From: Bacteroidia bacterium | GTDB taxonomy: Bacteria > Bacteroidota > Bacteroidia > J057 > JADKCL01 | DNA length: 64,000 bases | Direction: 5' to 3' | Assembly: GCA_046329055.1 (NCBI GenBank) | Contig: JAXLVK010000014.1 | Coordinates: forward strand, 5,506-69,505 | Part shown: piece after piece, positions 29,390-37,373 of the stretch | Layout: every line of letters begins with the position of its first letter | Numbering within the stretch: position 1 is the first letter of the stretch | Notes under the pieces: generated by a model | Database searches by the model: none | What the model was told of the DNA's origin: nothing | What the model saw: the letters and a program-made list of their open reading frames with translations, nothing else | Position numbers and translations under genes: made by a program

Positions 29390-29655
29390 TTGTGTGAAGC
29401 TCTATTGAATGAGAATGCTTTGTAGTGATGCAAATATGCACATATCAATGGGTTCTGCAAGCGGGGCAATGAACGCGCTGCCGATTTGATCGAAATCGCT
29501 CCTGCCCAGGCCGAGCCTTTGGCACGCATTTTGGACTGTTTCCAGTGGAGGCAATCATCAACCTCCTACAACATCGGTCTTTGTCTTTCGTATGATTCGT
29601 AGGTCAGTGGGGCAATGGGTGGAAAACCTGTTACCAAATTGGCCTAGATAAAAGA

Positions 29656-29663
29656 TAGATTTG
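29656..29663 (+). promoter_or_regulatory. Bacteroidota -7 promoter-like motif (TAgaTTTG)
   Basis: GATAGATTTGTAC lies 26-32 nt upstream of the 29689/29695 start codons. It matches TAnnTTTG. Confidence 0.35.
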
Positions 29664-29688
29664 TACTTTAGGAAGAGTTTTACTCAGA

Positions 29689-30135
29689 ATGGATATGAAA
29701 TACGCTACAAAGTTTGCTTTCTTGATGGCATTGGTGTGGATGGTGGCGGGTGCCACAGGCGTGAAAGCCCAGAGCGAGACTGGAATCCAGTTCTTCCACG
29801 GGAGCTTCGCCGAGGCACAGGCCAAAGCCAAGAAGGAGAACAAGCTCATCTTCATGGATGCTTACACCTCTTGGTGCGCCCCCTGCCGCTACATGGCCTC
29901 CAATGTCTTCACCGACGAGTCTGTGGGTGAGTACTACAACTCCCACTTCGTGAACATCAAAGTGGACATGGAAAAAGGTGAAGGCCCTGACCTCGCCCGC
30001 CGCTACAGTGTGATGGCCTACCCCACCCTCCTCTTCTTGGATGGCAATGGCGAGGTGAAATCCCGCACAATGGGTGGCAAGCCTGCCGCGGACTTCATCG
30101 CCCTCGGGCAAAAGGCCGTGAAAGGCGGCAATTGA
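29689..30135 (+). CDS. Secreted thioredoxin-fold protein (thioredoxin_7/DUF255-like)
   Basis: Signal peptide, then FMDAYTSWCAPCRYM (CxxC) and VMAYPTLLFLDGNGE. Confidence 0.8.
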   Translation: MDMKYATKFAFLMALVWMVAGATGVKAQSETGIQFFHGSFAEAQAKAKKENKLIFMDAYTSWCAPCRYMASNVFTDESVGEYYNSHFVNIKVDMEKGEGPDLARRYSVMAYPTLLFLDGNGEVKSRTMGGKPAADFIALGQKAVKGGN

Positions 30136-30170
30136 AAGAGACAGTTGTTCTGAAATCTATAGAATGGACC

Positions 30171-30202
30171 GGGGCTGCGATGAGCAGCCCCGGTTGTTTT
30201 TT
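30171..30202 (+). terminator. Rho-independent terminator
   Basis: GGGGCTGC-gatga-GCAGCCCC followed by GGTTGTTTTTTC, 36 nt after the stop at 30135. Confidence 0.6.
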
Positions 30203-30495
30203 CTCGCTACGGCGGATCGGAACCCGAGCGGAGCCGAGGGCTGTACGACAAATTGGGAAGGTTTTTCCCAAGCGACCCCAGCGCCGCGTGCCGAGCTATC
30301 GGCGGGGTCGAACGTGGGTAGCCCCAGGCCACACACGCGACCATATCGACCCCAGCGGGGTCGCACAGCGCGACACGATGCTGCCGGATTTGTCGTAAAC
30401 CCGAGCCTAGGGAACTCTGGCAGGAATCAGCGGAATTGCATTCCTTTAGGGGCATCTGCCACAGGCAATCGCTCGCCCAACTGCAGGTTGCCTGC

Positions 30496-31626
30496 TCAAT
30501 TGAAAACCAGCAAGCCATATCCTGCCGTCCCCACCCACTTCGCCTGGGTGCCGGACTCCACACGCATGCAGGTCGCTGTGTTGAGCATGTTGGAGCTGTT
30601 GGCCTCGGTATAGAGGGTCCACACATTTCCCGTTGGTACAAAGTTGGTCAATGACAGGGGTGATCTCATCCAGACCTCTCCGTATTGATCGCGCGTCAGC
30701 ACATCGACACTCGGGTGGGTGATGGGCGAATTGGCTTCGCTCCAGTTGTCCCATGCATTGGCAGAGGACTTGAAGCTCAGGCCGCCCTGAGAGCCGATCC
30801 ATAGGTCGCCGTCACCAGTGAGGATCAGGGAATTGATGGTGTTGTTCAGGATAGGCGAGTTGGAGGTGTTCAGGGTCCCGAAGTTGAAATTCGAGAAGGT
30901 CACCACTCCGGAGTCAGCCGATCCGAAATAGACCTCTTGCAATGGATTGGCGTCCACGTCCGTGAGGTTGTCGGTGGGGAGACTGGAATTGGCGGTGGTG
31001 TAGGAGGTCCAAGTGAAGGTATCGTAGATCATGAAGCCCGAACCAGGTGTGGTGACGATGGTCCAGTTGAGGGCTTGGACGATATGCCCAGCATTGTTCA
31101 GTTGCGCAGGGGCGCCAGTGCCAGAATTGTAGATCGTCCAAGTGCCGTTGTTGAGGCGGGCGACGCCATTGGCCGTGGTCATCCACATGCTGCCATCATT
31201 GGCTTGCCAGAAGTCGCGGACATCGTCTGAGGGAAGCATGGAATTGGAGGTATTGTACACCACCCAGGTTTCATTGGTCAGGACGCCGACACCTGCATCC
31301 GTAGCGAGCCACAGGCTCGTGCCGTCCCACCACATCTCGCGGACATTGTCGCTGGGGATGTCGGAATTGGCGGTATTGTATTGACGGAGGTTGGAGATGA
31401 TGCTGCAGGCGTTGGGACAGACCCCGCCACAATCGACACCCGTCTCATTTTGATTGCGAATCCCGTCCGAGCAGGTCGCGCAGGCCTCGCACACGCCACC
31501 GCAGTCCACGGCGGTCTCGTCTTGATTCATGATCGCATCGTCGCAGGACTCCTTGTCCTTGCAATGCGAGAATGCCAAGGCGCACACGAACAGCAGCAGC
31601 CAAATCGGAGTTTTCAGGTTTTTCAT
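30496..31626 (-). CDS. Lipoprotein with two Cys-rich modules followed by two-component-regulator-propeller (Reg_prop)-type beta-propeller repeats
   Basis: Lipobox LAFSHC. Duplicated C..(D/N)ETxVDCGGVCxxC modules. Repeated units of the type N.W..YNTSNS.LPSD.V. Confidence 0.7.
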   Translation of the reverse strand: MKNLKTPIWLLLFVCALAFSHCKDKESCDDAIMNQDETAVDCGGVCEACATCSDGIRNQNETGVDCGGVCPNACSIISNLRQYNTANSDIPSDNVREMWWDGTSLWLATDAGVGVLTNETWVVYNTSNSMLPSDDVRDFWQANDGSMWMTTANGVARLNNGTWTIYNSGTGAPAQLNNAGHIVQALNWTIVTTPGSGFMIYDTFTWTSYTTANSSLPTDNLTDVDANPLQEVYFGSADSGVVTFSNFNFGTLNTSNSPILNNTINSLILTGDGDLWIGSQGGLSFKSSANAWDNWSEANSPITHPSVDVLTRDQYGEVWMRSPLSLTNFVPTGNVWTLYTEANSSNMLNTATCMRVESGTQAKWVGTAGYGLLVFN

Positions 31627-31655
31627 GCCAAATTAAGGTTCGTGAATCCTCTAAC

Positions 31656-31870
31656 TTCTAGAATTTCAGCCAGAAATCCAATTGGGCGAGAACGAGCAAA
31701 AGGCAAAACAGGAACCCCAGAGGGTCAAACGAATGCTCAGCCAGAAATCCAATGGCACGGACCCAAGTAGAAGCCCATCCAGGGACCCCAGAGGGGTCAA
31801 ACGTATGCTCAGCCAGAAATCCAATGGCACGGACCCCAAGTAGAAGCCCATCCAGGGACCCCAGAGGGGT
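31656..31870. repeat. Tandem repeat, three ~72-bp units, each with a GACCCC-AGA-GGGGTC hairpin
   Basis: Units start at 31656, 31727 and 31799 with TCAGCCAGAAATCCAAT. Units 2 and 3 are near-identical; unit 1 diverges in its centre. Confidence 0.8.
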
Positions 31871-31914
31871 CCAACGTATGTAGCGCCCAAGGCGCGCCCA
31901 TTCCACACATCCCC

Positions 31915-31946
31915 CCAAAAACAAAGGCGGCCAATCGACCGCCTTT
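31915..31946 (-). terminator. Rho-independent terminator downstream of sodA
   Basis: The minus strand reads AAAGGCGG-tcgattgg-CCGCCTTT followed by GTTTTT. Confidence 0.55.
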
Positions 31947-31984
31947 GCTCTCTCATATATAGAATCTGATAGTATCCAGTAGGA

Positions 31985-32581
31985 TTACTTCGCGTAGAGC
32001 TCGGCCACCTTGCTCCAGTTCACCACGTTCCACCAAGCACCGATGTAGTCGGGGCGGCGGTTTTGGTAATTCAGGTAGTAGGCGTGCTCCCAGACGTCCA
32101 AGCCGAGGATGGGGGTACCCGTGCCGGGTTCCATCAGCGCATTGTCTTGGTTGGCTGTGCTGCTGATGCTGAGCTTGCCGTCTTCGCCCTTGAGGAGCCA
32201 TGCCCATCCAGAGCCGAAGCGTGTTGCAGCTGCTTGGTTGAACTTGGTCTTGAAGTCCGCAAAGCTGCCGAAGTCGCGGGCGATCGCAGCGCCGAGGTCT
32301 CCGCCGGGCTCGCCACCACCATTGGGGCTCATGACTTCCCAGAACAGGTTGTGGTTCCAGAAACCGCCGCCGTTGTTGCGGATGGCAGGGGAGCTGCTCA
32401 TGGCCACGGACAGGATTTCCTCGATCGTCTTGCCAGCGAGTTCGGTGCCCTCGATGGCCGCGTTCAAGTTGTTGGTATAGGCCGCGTGGTGCTTGGAGTG
32501 GTGGATTTCCATGGTCCGAGCATCGATATGCGGCTCCAGCGCGTCATAAGCGTAGGGGAGTTGAGGAAGGGTAAATGCCAT
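31985..32581 (-). CDS. sodA: Fe/Mn-family superoxide dismutase (Mn-type features)
   Basis: From the ATG at 32581: [63 protein letters not shown]. Confidence 0.9.
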   Translation of the reverse strand: MAFTLPQLPYAYDALEPHIDARTMEIHHSKHHAAYTNNLNAAIEGTELAGKTIEEILSVAMSSSPAIRNNGGGFWNHNLFWEVMSPNGGGEPGGDLGAAIARDFGSFADFKTKFNQAAATRFGSGWAWLLKGEDGKLSISSTANQDNALMEPGTGTPILGLDVWEHAYYLNYQNRRPDYIGAWWNVVNWSKVAELYAK

Positions 32582-32794
32582 ATTTTCAAATCGTTGCGTT
32601 GTGAGATACTGCGATGGAAAGGCCACCGCAAGCCTCGGCAAATTACAGCCCGTCCCGCTGAATCTAAAACCTGCTGGGCAGGATTTTGGATGGGCGGACC
32701 GAGACTGCTGCCATGAAAAGATAACATCGGTTCCGGCATTATGTTTGCAGCAGTGGTTACGCAGCTGGGTTGGATCACTTGAAGGGAATGCCTT

Positions 32795-32968
32795 ATGAAG
32801 AAGAGAATCATTTTTCTAGTGACGTGCCTGACCTTGACGGTCGGATTGGTCGCCTGTTCACCCTACCGCGTCCACAAGAAGCCCGCCCGCAGCGCGGCGA
32901 AGCATGTGACAAAGCCGCCCATGACCATCATGGATTTTTCGCTGAAGCGGGGATGCGGGTGTCATTGA
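32795..32968 (+). CDS. Candidate 57-aa lipoprotein, below the ORF-track length cut-off
   Basis: ATG at 32795. [21 protein letters not shown] has a lipobox. The basic mature part ends in KRGCGCH, with TGA at 32966-32968. Confidence 0.45.
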   Translation: MKKRIIFLVTCLTLTVGLVACSPYRVHKKPARSAAKHVTKPPMTIMDFSLKRGCGCH

Positions 32969-33272
32969 TGGGGGAAATGAAGCGGCGGCGTCCCGCCGCA
33001 CGCTGATCGACAATGCCGCCTCCCGGCGGCACAGAATTACTCTACGAATCAGAACCAGTCAAGGCGTTCAACCGATCAATTGCGCTCACCGAAGTTGAAT
33101 CGAGGCATTCGGCCGATCAATTGCACTGTTCGAAGTTGATCAAAAGTGCCGCAATTCACCCTCCAGCGCAAAGGTGTACCTGATAGAGAACGCCTGATTG
33201 GGTTTCTCTGCCTCGCCGCCAGAGGCGGCGGTATCGATAGCCCTGCGGCGGGACGCCGCGGGCTCAATCTGT

Positions 33273-34103
33273 TCAATCATTCCCCAAGATCACGGGCAGC
33301 CCATCGCTCCCGCCGATCACGATGATCTTCGAGTTCTTGCTGTTCGCAAGCTCCTGGGTCGCTTCGATGCCTTTCCACTTCAGCAGCTTGTCGCTGATCC
33401 CATCCGAGACGATGTCCTGAAAATCCTTGATGCCTTGGGCCTCGATGCGCTTGCGCTCGGCTTCCTTGGCTTCCTTTTGGATCCGGAACTCGTATTCGTC
33501 CCGCTGCTGCTGTTGCTCCAGCTTGCGTTCGATTGCCCCCTTGATGAGTTCGGGCAGCTTCACCGAGCGGATCAGCACGGCGTCCAGGTGGATGTGCTTG
33601 GGCTTGACGTTCGCCTCCGTCTGCGTGAAAATCTCATTTTGGATCGCGTCACGCTTGGTGCTGTACAACTCCTCCGGCAGGTACTTGCCGATCACCTTCC
33701 GCGTCGCGGCCCGCACCTCGGGAGTCACGATCTTGTCCGCGTAGGTTTGGCCGATCTCCTCGTGCAGGTAGCCGACCTCCGAGGGCACCACGCGGTAGCG
33801 AAAGCTCAGGTCAACGTGGATGTTCAAGCCATTGGCGGCGAGCACGTCCATGTCCTCGGTGCGTTCCTGAATCCGGGCATCGTAAGTGAAGACCGTGTTC
33901 CAGGGCGATACCATGTGGAACCCCGGCCCGAGCAGGTTCTCCTTGTCCAGCCCTCCTGCAAATGGCCTGAAAAGGACCGCCTGAAAGCCCGCCTCCACGG
34001 TGATGAAGAGGCTGTTGAAGAGGACGATCAGCAGGACAATGCCAACAACTGCCACTGCCGGCAGCAAAAAGCGGCGTTTGGTTTTGGGATCGAGGGATGC
34101 CAT
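33273..34103 (-). CDS. SPFH/Band 7 (prohibitin/HflC-like) membrane protein
   Basis: N-terminal TM, then the SPFH core (VEAGFQAVLFRPFAGGL..., LNIHVDLSFRYRV) and a coiled-coil EQQQQRDEYEFRIQKEAKEAERKRIEAQ. Confidence 0.85.
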   Translation of the reverse strand: MASLDPKTKRRFLLPAVAVVGIVLLIVLFNSLFITVEAGFQAVLFRPFAGGLDKENLLGPGFHMVSPWNTVFTYDARIQERTEDMDVLAANGLNIHVDLSFRYRVVPSEVGYLHEEIGQTYADKIVTPEVRAATRKVIGKYLPEELYSTKRDAIQNEIFTQTEANVKPKHIHLDAVLIRSVKLPELIKGAIERKLEQQQQRDEYEFRIQKEAKEAERKRIEAQGIKDFQDIVSDGISDKLLKWKGIEATQELANSKNSKIIVIGGSDGLPVILGND

Positions 34104-34120
34104 TGGAATTGATTTTGAAT

Positions 34121-34146
34121 GAAAAAGCGCCCGAAGGCGCTTTTTG
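34121..34146 (-). terminator. Hairpin terminator, structurally bidirectional, between the nuoG-like and SPFH genes
   Basis: AAAAAGCGCC-cgaa-GGCGCTTTTT is palindromic with U-tracts on both strands. Lies 6 nt beyond the stop at 34152. Confidence 0.6.
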
Positions 34147-34151
34147 TTTTA

Positions 34152-35873
34152 TCACTTGATCGCGAAGTCGTACTGCGTGATCTTGAATGCTTCCTTGGGG
34201 ATTTTGTAGCTCACCACGAAGTCCTTGAGGGCGGGCAGCTCGGACTTGAGCTTGGCAACCACATCTTTGTGGTCCTTGAGCTGCAGGTCCTTGCCCAGCG
34301 GACGGCTGATCATGGCCAGCAGTTTCCAGCTCGGCTGCACGTCGTGGATATGGTCCACGCTCCTCCAGCGGTCGATCGCCACAGCGGCCTTGTCGAGGCG
34401 GCTCTTGGGGAGGCGCATCCACATCTCGGGGGTCATCTGAGCGACCTGCTTGGCCATCTTGCTGTACTGCGGAATGCCGTCTTCGTTCACGAAGGTGCTC
34501 TCCGTCTCGATCTCCATGGCTGCAGGCAGCACCACGTCCAGCTTTTCCAGACCGGGGACATGCTGTGTGGCATGGGCGATCAGGGTCATGCCGTCGATCT
34601 TGGCCTTGGCGGCGGCTGCGAGCGCTTCGGTGTCTTCCAGCATATAGACGAACTTGAATTCGTTTTCGTGGAAGCGGCGAATCAGGTCAGTGATGGTGAT
34701 GGGCTCCATGCCCAGCATCTCGCAACCCTTGGCGTTCGGGCTGCGGTCGTCGCGGCGGAGGAGGCTGTCACCCCAGCCCTTTTCGTTGTGGGTGATGTAG
34801 AAGATGCGGTGGTTGGGGCTCGCCTTCTTGGCAAATGCCTTGAGGGCGTAGTTGCTTTCCAGCGATGCGCGGGAGCTGCCGATGAAGTGCACGGTGCCTT
34901 CCCACTTGCGGATGAGCTCGACGGCGCGCTCCACACCCTTGTCGATATCGACAGGCACGTCACCCTTGACCCGGGCGCCTGATACGCGGTTGTCATTGAA
35001 TTTCTGAATGTCCAGACGGCCAGCGTCGCACATCCAGTATTGGTTGACATCCTTGTTGTCGCGGGGGGTGAGGCGCATGACCTTGTTGTCCCGGACCCAG
35101 ACGTCGATGTTGCAGCCTTTGGAGCAGCCGGTGCAGACGCCGGGGGTGTAAGCCATTTCCCAGACGCGGGCCTTGAAGCGGAAATCCTTGCTCGTGAGGG
35201 CGCCCACCGGACAGATGTCGATGGTGTTCATGGAGTAGGGATCGTCGAAGACGCCGCCGGGGCCAGTGCTCGGATAGTTCTTCTCGCCGCGGCCCACGAT
35301 GCTGAGCTGCGCGGTCTTGCTGATCTCTTCGGTAAACCGGACGCAACGGGTGCAGTTGATGCAGCGCTCTGCGTCGAGGACCACATTCGGGCCGAGTTCC
35401 ACGCGCTTGGGCTTGTGGACTTTGGAGGACTCGTAGCGGGAGCCTTCCGGGCCATATTTATAGGTCCAGATTTGCAGGGGGCATTCGCCAGCCTGATCGC
35501 AGATGGGGCAATCGAGGGGGTGGTTCACGAGCATGTACTCGAGGACACCCTTCTGATAGTCCTTCACGGCTGCGCTGCTCGAATGGGTCTTGACGACCAT
35601 GTTCGGGGAGAGCGGCGTGTTGCAGGCGGTCGCAGGCTTGCGGCCCCAGTTCACGATCAATTGGTTATTGTCGTCATACTTCAAGGCACCCGTGGCCCTG
35701 TCGGTCATCGGGTAGCCGACCTCCACCAAGCACATGCGGCAGTTGGTGGGGATGCTCATGGCAGGATGGTAGCAGAAATAGGGAATCTCCACCCCATTGT
35801 CCAAAGCAAATTGGAGCAGCATGGGCTGCCCTTCGTAATTGTATGCCTTACCGTCGATCGTGATCTGTGGCAT
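34152..35873 (-). CDS. nuoG: NADH-quinone oxidoreductase subunit G-like Fe-S protein (stand-alone)
   Basis: MPQITIDGKAYNYEG...IPYFCYHPAMSIPTNCRMCLVEV (2Fe-2S). HPLDCPICDQAGEC, CINCTRCVRF and CPVGALT (4Fe-4S). Confidence 0.75.
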   Translation of the reverse strand: MPQITIDGKAYNYEGQPMLLQFALDNGVEIPYFCYHPAMSIPTNCRMCLVEVGYPMTDRATGALKYDDNNQLIVNWGRKPATACNTPLSPNMVVKTHSSSAAVKDYQKGVLEYMLVNHPLDCPICDQAGECPLQIWTYKYGPEGSRYESSKVHKPKRVELGPNVVLDAERCINCTRCVRFTEEISKTAQLSIVGRGEKNYPSTGPGGVFDDPYSMNTIDICPVGALTSKDFRFKARVWEMAYTPGVCTGCSKGCNIDVWVRDNKVMRLTPRDNKDVNQYWMCDAGRLDIQKFNDNRVSGARVKGDVPVDIDKGVERAVELIRKWEGTVHFIGSSRASLESNYALKAFAKKASPNHRIFYITHNEKGWGDSLLRRDDRSPNAKGCEMLGMEPITITDLIRRFHENEFKFVYMLEDTEALAAAAKAKIDGMTLIAHATQHVPGLEKLDVVLPAAMEIETESTFVNEDGIPQYSKMAKQVAQMTPEMWMRLPKSRLDKAAVAIDRWRSVDHIHDVQPSWKLLAMISRPLGKDLQLKDHKDVVAKLKSELPALKDFVVSYKIPKEAFKITQYDFAIK

Positions 35874-35945
35874 GTGTTTACCTTAAAATTTGATGCACCA
35901 AATGAGGAGCCAAATTTAGGGCTTTTTCGGTAGGAACAAAGCAAA

Positions 35946-36368
35946 TCAATCCTTGGGGACGACCGTGGCGGTGTTCATCCAGCACTTGAGGGGATAGGTG
36001 TCGCCCGGCTGCCAACCGAGGTAGGCCGCCTCCCGGAGGGACGGTGCCCGGCGGGCATATTTTTCGTGGCGCGCATTGGCCTCCGTCTCCATTTCAGGGT
36101 CAATGCCTTTCAACTTTTGGCACAGCTCCATCAGCAGCCAATACATCGCCCGCCCCTCAAAATCCGGCCAGGCGCATTGCTCCGAACCCTCAATGTAAAG
36201 GTCCATCAGTTGCAAATAGGGCTCTCCCCAGTCCGGCCTCAGCCTCATCGCCTCCTGCAATGCAGCACGCGCCTCCCGCCACCGTCCCTGCTCCCGCCAT
36301 GTCGCCGCCACCTGCAGCATGTCCGCCGCCTTCAATGCCACATCCTGCTCCCCTGCCGCCGCCGCCAT
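35946..36368 (-). CDS. Hypothetical TPR-like protein; possibly the C-terminal part of a frameshifted gene continuous with 36332-37204
   Basis: No signal peptide of its own. RWREARAALQEAMRLRPDWGEPYLQLMDLY is TPR-like. The frame opens just after a TAA inside the upstream ORF. Confidence 0.45.
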   Translation of the reverse strand: MAAAAGEQDVALKAADMLQVAATWREQGRWREARAALQEAMRLRPDWGEPYLQLMDLYIEGSEQCAWPDFEGRAMYWLLMELCQKLKGIDPEMETEANARHEKYARRAPSLREAAYLGWQPGDTYPLKCWMNTATVVPKD

Positions 36369-37204
36369 CCAATGCCCCTTGCCCGTTTCCCAATCCCCCT
36401 GCTCATCGCCTCGGCCCCGCCCATCCGGTGCAGCCACGGCGAATCTTCCGCTTCGCTCACCTTACCCCAGGCCGCCTCCCACAGCCCCGACTGATCGCAG
36501 CCCTGCAAGGCGTACATCACCAAGAATGCCCTGCATTCCCGCACCCCCAAGGCCCTCCGTGCGATCGAGTCCGCATACCGCGTCAGCAACGGCCCGCAAT
36601 CCGGAAGTGCCGCCCGCATCCGCAGAGTCAGCCGCGCCTGCTCCCGCACCCAAAAGGCCCCATCGTCCCCGCTCGCCAATGCCCGCCGCTCCATCACCTG
36701 CTCCACGACCGACCAATCATTCGCCGCCGTCACCCACGAGGCCCCAGCCTGAGCAACAAGCCGGGCAGCGGTCTCCCGCACCAGCGCCAGCGGGACCTTG
36801 GCAGGCGCCACCCGCATCGCCTCCATCGCCCAATCCATTGCTTTTGAGCTGAAATGCACCTCCTGCCGCATCCCGAGCAATGCCCGCGCCACGACCCAGG
36901 GTTCCTGCCCCGCAGGATCTTTCGCCATCCCGATGTGGATGATCCGCAACAGGGTATCCGCCTGCGACCGGCTCATTTTCCCGGTCCTGCCATCCATCGC
37001 GGCCATGGACTCCTCCGACACACGGAATACTTGGTTGCTGTCAGCTTCCCAGATTTGACGGAGGTGGGCCCGGACCTCGGCGGCATTGTCGGTCTTGTGG
37101 ATCGCGTCAATCCATGCCTCCACCGCAGACTGCGCGGGCAGCTGCCACCACAGGGTCGCCAAGAGCAAGGCAAGCCCCCACCCAACAGGATTGCGGGAGG
37201 TCAT
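36332..37204 (-). CDS. Hypothetical secreted protein
   Basis: Signal peptide (GWGLALLLATLWWQLPAQSA). Helical, Ala/Arg-rich. Its 3' end overlaps the next ORF in another frame. Confidence 0.5.
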   Translation of the reverse strand: MTSRNPVGWGLALLLATLWWQLPAQSAVEAWIDAIHKTDNAAEVRAHLRQIWEADSNQVFRVSEESMAAMDGRTGKMSRSQADTLLRIIHIGMAKDPAGQEPWVVARALLGMRQEVHFSSKAMDWAMEAMRVAPAKVPLALVRETAARLVAQAGASWVTAANDWSVVEQVMERRALASGDDGAFWVREQARLTLRMRAALPDCGPLLTRYADSIARRALGVRECRAFLVMYALQGCDQSGLWEAAWGKVSEAEDSPWLHRMGGAEAMSRGIGKRARGIGWRRRQGSRMWH

Positions 37205-37373
37205 GACTCAAAAATAAGGGAAATGCGGGCACGGTTGGGGGGTATGGTTGTGTATCTACTGTCCTTGTAGGGGCAGGTCGCGACCTGACCTTACAAGGAC
37301 GAAATATCCATCGATTATGAATGAATTACCGCAGAATCACAGGGAATTCCCTGACCTCAGGGGAAGTCGATTT

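Noticed and set aside
31656-31870. Tandem repeats as a possible CRISPR array
   Set aside because: The units are contiguous ~72-bp repeats without unique spacers. No cas genes are nearby.
33198-34112. 304-aa plus-strand ORF
   Set aside because: It is antisense to the SPFH/prohibitin gene, which has clear family features.
36044-36852. Proline-rich plus-strand ORFs (267 aa and 177 aa)
   Set aside because: They are antisense to the signal-peptide-bearing minus-strand ORFs. Their extreme Pro/Ala/Ser/Arg content is typical of wrong-frame translation.
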